NCBI RefSeq assembly: GCF_035084215.1
Contig: NC_090342.1
Span: 47,864,001 to 47,928,000, forward strand
Source of the DNA: Heptranchias perlo
Taxonomy: Eukaryota
Length of the DNA stretch: 64,000 nucleotides
Direction of reading: 5' to 3'
Each line of letters begins with the position of its first letter. Within the stretch, counting starts at the first letter, position 1. This document shows positions 59,731-64,000 of the stretch, one piece after another. The position numbers and the translations under genes were made by a program. The notes beneath the pieces were generated by a model. It was not told the origin of the DNA and did not search any database. It saw only the letters and a program-made list of their open reading frames with translations.

Positions 59731-60040
59731 CTACTGATGAGTGTGATGGTGTTTTGAGAGAGTTGCTTGTACTCCTTTGGCTCCTACTGGGTGTGATGGT
59801 ATTTCGGGACAGTTGCTTGTTGTCCTTTGGCTTCTACTGATGAGTGTGATGGTGTTTTGGGAGAGTTGCTTGTCGTTTGGCTCTTACTGGTGTGGTGGTG
59901 TTTCGGGAGAGTTGCTTGTTGTCCGTTGGCTCCCACTGGTGTGGTGGTGTTTCGGGAGAGTTGCTTGTTGTCCTTTGGCTCCTACTGATGAATGTGATGG
60001 TGTTTCGGGAGAGTTGCTTGTTTTCCTTGCCTCAGCTCCT
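59731..60040. repeat. Minisatellite, about 6 copies of a 49-53 bp unit
   Basis: Unit ctactg(atga)gtgtgatggtgtttcgggagagttgcttgttgtcctttggctc. Confidence 0.9.
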
Positions 60041-60502
60041 AAGAGTGAGTGTGAAACTGTTTGAGAGTTATCTGTTTTCCGTGATGTATAACCAAAAAAG
60101 AATCTTAATCAATTTGTTTGTGGTTGTGGTTGTGGTATTCAGCAGTTTTTTTTGGTTTGCTGTCAGCCGTTTCAGTCCTTAAAGAAACAGTGAGCAATGG
60201 GGCGCAGGTTTAGAATTTATATTTGAAACCTATGCAGCATTTTAATGTTACAAATCTGCAGCTGATGACAAAGATAAGGTTCCCCCACTGTCGCCTACAC
60301 TTAAAACTATAAACTGCCTGATTTACCGTGTTCGTACAGTGGTGAAGGCCCAATTCTCGTGGGTCTCACTAACTTTAGCCAGACTCGCCATCTCTGCTTC
60401 TGACATCAGGTGGAACTGTAAACGTGAGAGAGCTGTGCGTTGAGACCAATCTCCGCCAACACCGGTGCCGTAATGTTAAAGCACCTCAAAAACGGCACAC
60501 TT

Positions 60503-60635
60503 TACTGTGTGCAAATTGGCTGCCACGTCTCCTACAATTACAAAGTGACTTCACTTCAAAAGTGCTTCACTGGCTGTGAAAGGTTTTGGGACGTCCTGAG
60601 GTCGTGAAAGGTGCTTTAGAAATGTGAGTTCTTTC
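60503..60635 (+). mobile_element. SacSINE1-like 3' fragment
   Basis: ctgtgtgcaaattggctgccac..gggacgtcctgaggtcgtgaaagg. Confidence 0.75.
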
Positions 60636-62132
60636 TCCCATCTTTACGCCAACAATGGACTTGAAATAAACATGCTCCTCTACCATCTCTTTGGCTATTG
60701 TGTTAGTCCTGACAAATCATTTTAGCTCCCTTATTTTTCTGTAGTTCAATGGCCGTTAGCGCCAGGAATGAGTTCAGCATTTGCTGATGAGTGGCTGGAC
60801 ATTTTGGGAAACAATGTGGGAAAATTTAGACCTGTTTATTTTGTTCCCACATTGTCCTGATTGATATCAGTTGTTATCTGTTTCATTCTGAGATAGCCAG
60901 CAGGAAGACAGAGTACAGTAGTACAGTTTTCAAAATTATACCCTTTGAGCAAATAAGGTGAATACTGAACCAGTGTCCCCCTTCCCCCTTGCCATGCCTC
61001 AAAAAAACGCCTCTTGTAGAGGGGCACATGTAATTGCAGGGCAAATGTAATTGCAGAGCAATGCAAGGGGAGAAAAGGCACAGTCCTGCTGACATTCAGA
61101 CCAGGCCTCAGAAGGGCGTGCAATCCAGTCAGTTGCTGTTGTCTGACTCGCTCTTGAGATAAAATGATACACGGCGGTTATGGAACCTTCTATTTTGTAG
61201 CTGAAAATATTGGAGAGGGTGGGGTTTAATTGTTTGTTTGGTCCAGATTAGCCATGAAACAATCGCAATAGGTTTGAACAATTGCAGTCTCAGTGAAATC
61301 CATGCCGAAAGACTGCTTTGCATTTTATTGCATCCTCTTTCCCGCCCCCCCTAACAACTTGACAGTAGTTTCTGGGTTCACACTTAGGCACACAAAGGAC
61401 TTGTGGAATTTATCTGTATCCTTATCACTGTTTTCTTGGTGGCTAAGGAGCAATTGGATGGAAGCTTTTCCTTTCTCGTGCAAAGTCTCTCATTCCAAGG
61501 AGTATGAAGTGTTTGGCAAGGTTCGTGTGAATCTGCCTCCTGCACAATAACAGCTGAACACGACAGGAAAGCAGATTCCTCTGGTTCACTGGTGTCTATG
61601 ATGTGTGCAAGAGGAATTTAAAATATCTCCTTGTTCAAGGTCCTGTTTCCTTCCAGCCAGCTGGGAAACGTTAAGGGTGTTCTTTCCCCCCAAAGTATAT
61701 TGACAGTGAACGTCCAGTATATAAACTGGAAGTCTTGTAGAAAATGCCACAGCCGCTGATGAGTGATGTGGGAACTGTTCAATTAAACGTTGTCAAAGGA
61801 GCAGTTTGCTTTGATATACAGTTATATTATGTGATCTCTTAAGTATCAGAAAAAAAGGGGCAAATTTTAATTTAATACCAGCTGATCTTTCTGTGGTGTG
61901 TCTCACAGTCTGTGATCTGGAGGCATTTAGAAGCAGCTGCCAATCCAAAGAAACTTTCCTTAACAACTAACTTCTAATTGACCCTAGGATGTGCCCAGTT
62001 AGAGCTCTTAAGGAAGTAGTTGAGTAATGGTCTTAAAGGAACATGATGTGGAGATGCCGGTGATGGACTGGGGTTGACAATTGTAAACAATTTTACAACA
62101 CCAAGTTATAGTCCAACAATTTTATTTGAAAG

Positions 62133-62169
62133 TCACAAGCTTTCGGAGGCTTCCTCCTTCCTCAGGTGA
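62133..62169 (-). ncRNA. Minimal type I hammerhead ribozyme motif in the PLE pLTR
   Basis: UCAC CUGAGGA A GGAGG-AAG-CCUCC GAAA GC UU GUGA; hammerheads in PLE pLTRs are established. Confidence 0.8.
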
Positions 62170-62435
62170 ATGTGGAAATGAAATCCTCGAACCTATCGCA
62201 TTTATAAATCACAGAACAATACCTGGTGATTACAGATAGTCTTTCCAACTGGCCGTTGCGAAGGCAATCAAGGTGTTCAGACAGAGAGGTGTTACCTACG
62301 GGGCTACCGAATATACAAACAACCAAAAAAAAAACAGAGAGAGAGAGGCAGAAACATAGAAACATCCGGAAGGAAGAGAAAGACAGCAAATGACCCGTTA
62401 TATTAAAAACAGATAACTTTTGTTCGCTGGTGGGG

Positions 62436-63905
62436 TTACGTGTGGCGTGACATGAACCCAAGATCCCGGTTGAGGCCGTCCTCATGGGTGCGGAACTTGG
62501 CTATCAATTTCTGCTCGACGATTTTGCGTTGTCGTGTGTCTCGAAGGCCGCCTTGGAGTACGCTTACCCGAAGGTCGGTGGCTGAATGTCCATGACTGCT
62601 GAAGTGTTCCCTGACTGGGAGGGAACCCTCCTGTCTGGCGATTGTTGCGCGGTGTCCGTTCATCCGTTGTCGCAGCGTCTGCATGGTCTCGCCAATGTAC
62701 CATGCTCTGGGGCATCCTTTCCTGCAACGTATGAGGTAGACAATGTTGGCCGAGTCACAGGAGTATGAACCATGCACCTGTTGAGTGGTGTCCTCTCGTG
62801 TGATGGTGGTATCTGTGTCGATGATCTGGCATGTCTTGCAGAGGTTACCGTGGCAGGGTTGTGTGGTGTCATGGACGCTGTTCTCCTGAAAGCTGGGTAA
62901 TTTGCTGCGAACGATGGTCTGTTTGAGGTTGGGTGGCTGTTTAAAGGCGAGTAGTGGAGGTGTGGGGATGGCCATAGCGAGGTGTTCGTCGTCATCGATG
63001 ACATGTTGAAGGCTGCGGAGAACATGGCGTAGTTTCTCCGCTCCGGGGAAGTACTGGACGACGAAGGGTACTCTGTTGGTTACGTCCCGTGTTAGTCTTC
63101 TGAGGAGGTCTATGCGATTTTTCGCTGTGGCCCGTCGGAACTGTCGATCGATGAGTCAAACGTCATATCCCGTTCTTACTAGGGCGTCTTTCAGCGTCTG
63201 TAGGTGTCCATCGCGTTCCTCCTCGTCTGAGCAGACCCTGTGTATTCGCAGGGCCTGTCCATAGGGGATGGCCTCTTCGACGTGGTTAGGGTGGAAGCTG
63301 GAAAAGTGGAGCATCGTGCGGTTGTCCGTGGGCTTGCGGTAGAGTGAGGTGCTGAGGTGCCCGTCTTTGATGGAGATTCGTGTGTCCAAGAAAGAAACTG
63401 ATTCTGAGGAGTAGTCCATGGTGAGCTTGATGGTGGGATGGAACTTGTTGATGTTATCGTGTAGTCTCTTTAGTGATTCTTCGCCGTGGGTCCATAGAAA
63501 GAAAATGTCGTCGATGTATCTGGTGTATAGCGTTGGTTGGAGGTCCTGTGCAGTGAAGAAGTCGTGCTCGAACTTGTGCATGAAAATGTTGGCGTAGTGG
63601 GGTGCGAATTTGGTCCCCATGGCTGTTCCGTGCGTTTGGGTAAAGAACTGGTTATCGAAGGTGAAGACATTGTGATCCAGGATGAAGCGGATGAGTTGTA
63701 GGATGGCGTCTGGAGATTGGCTGTTGTTGGTGTTGAGTATTGATGCTGTCGCAGCGATGCCGTCAACGTGGGGGATACTGGTGTAGAGTGCCGAGACGTC
63801 CATCGTGGTGAGAAGTGTTCCTGGTTCAACTGGTCCGTGGGTACTGAGTTTTTGTAGGAAGTCTGTAGTGTCGCGACAGAAGCTGGGGGTTCCCTGTACG
63901 ATGGG
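62436..63905 (-). pseudogene. PLE RT-GIY-YIG ORF with one in-frame stop
   Basis: ORFs 63156-63803 and 62436-62975 are in the same frame; a single TGA at 63156-63158 is followed by 60 open codons. Confidence 0.9.
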
Positions 63906-64000
63906 TCATGTTAAACGTTGCTCCATTTTAGCAGCTAACCTTCAAAACTATGCTTCAAATCCCACCCCCTCCCCCAGATTCCCCATGAGCTCAACCAGGA

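Larger units (their letters stand above)
62042..63906 (-). mobile_element. 5'-truncated Penelope-like element (RT plus GIY-YIG; Cys-rich linker suggests Neptune type)
   Basis: RT motifs DTTDFL, MDVSALYT, QTHGTAMG, RYIDD; linker CHGNLCKTC; endonuclease NIVYLIRC..YIGET..LRQRMNGH; 3' pLTR with hammerhead. Confidence 0.95.

Noticed and set aside
59731-60040. Tandem array as a CRISPR array or tandem hammerhead (retrozyme) repeat
   Set aside because: No unique spacers, eukaryotic context, and CTGATGA and GAAA lie on opposite strands, so no hammerhead core forms.
1-64000. Excess of - strand retroelements as proof of a + strand host gene
   Set aside because: Roughly 21 versus 12 by my count; suggestive but too weak alone.

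Overview
Repeat-dense vertebrate genomic DNA, most likely a cartilaginous fish (shark). This is inferred from SacSINE1/DeuSINE-like SINEs, abundant CR1 copies with (CATAGAAT)n or (TTCTTATG)n tails, L2 and Penelope-like elements. No multi-exon host gene can be assembled and no gene symbol is assigned. The window looks like long intronic DNA of a probable + strand gene, with a few candidate small exons (28460-28543, 28686-28703, 38017-38038). All long ORFs belong to retrotransposons. Two systems stand out. (1) A near full-length single-ORF APE-RT LINE (31143-34282, -) has a tRNA-like Pol III A/B-box head, no TTTT run on its 3.1 kb sense strand and no in-frame AUG at the ORF start. A SINE built from the same head and tail lies at 48252-48678, together suggesting a Pol III-transcribed, protein-coding retrotransposon. 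(2) A Penelope-like element (62042-63906) and three short palindromic derivatives carry minimal hammerhead ribozyme motifs. In one derivative the inversion junction falls on the predicted ribozyme cleavage site. Also present: a Harbinger element, two hAT MITEs, several nested insertions and a templated insertion. Coordinates and counts were read by eye, no database search was run, and old-repeat boundaries are approximate.
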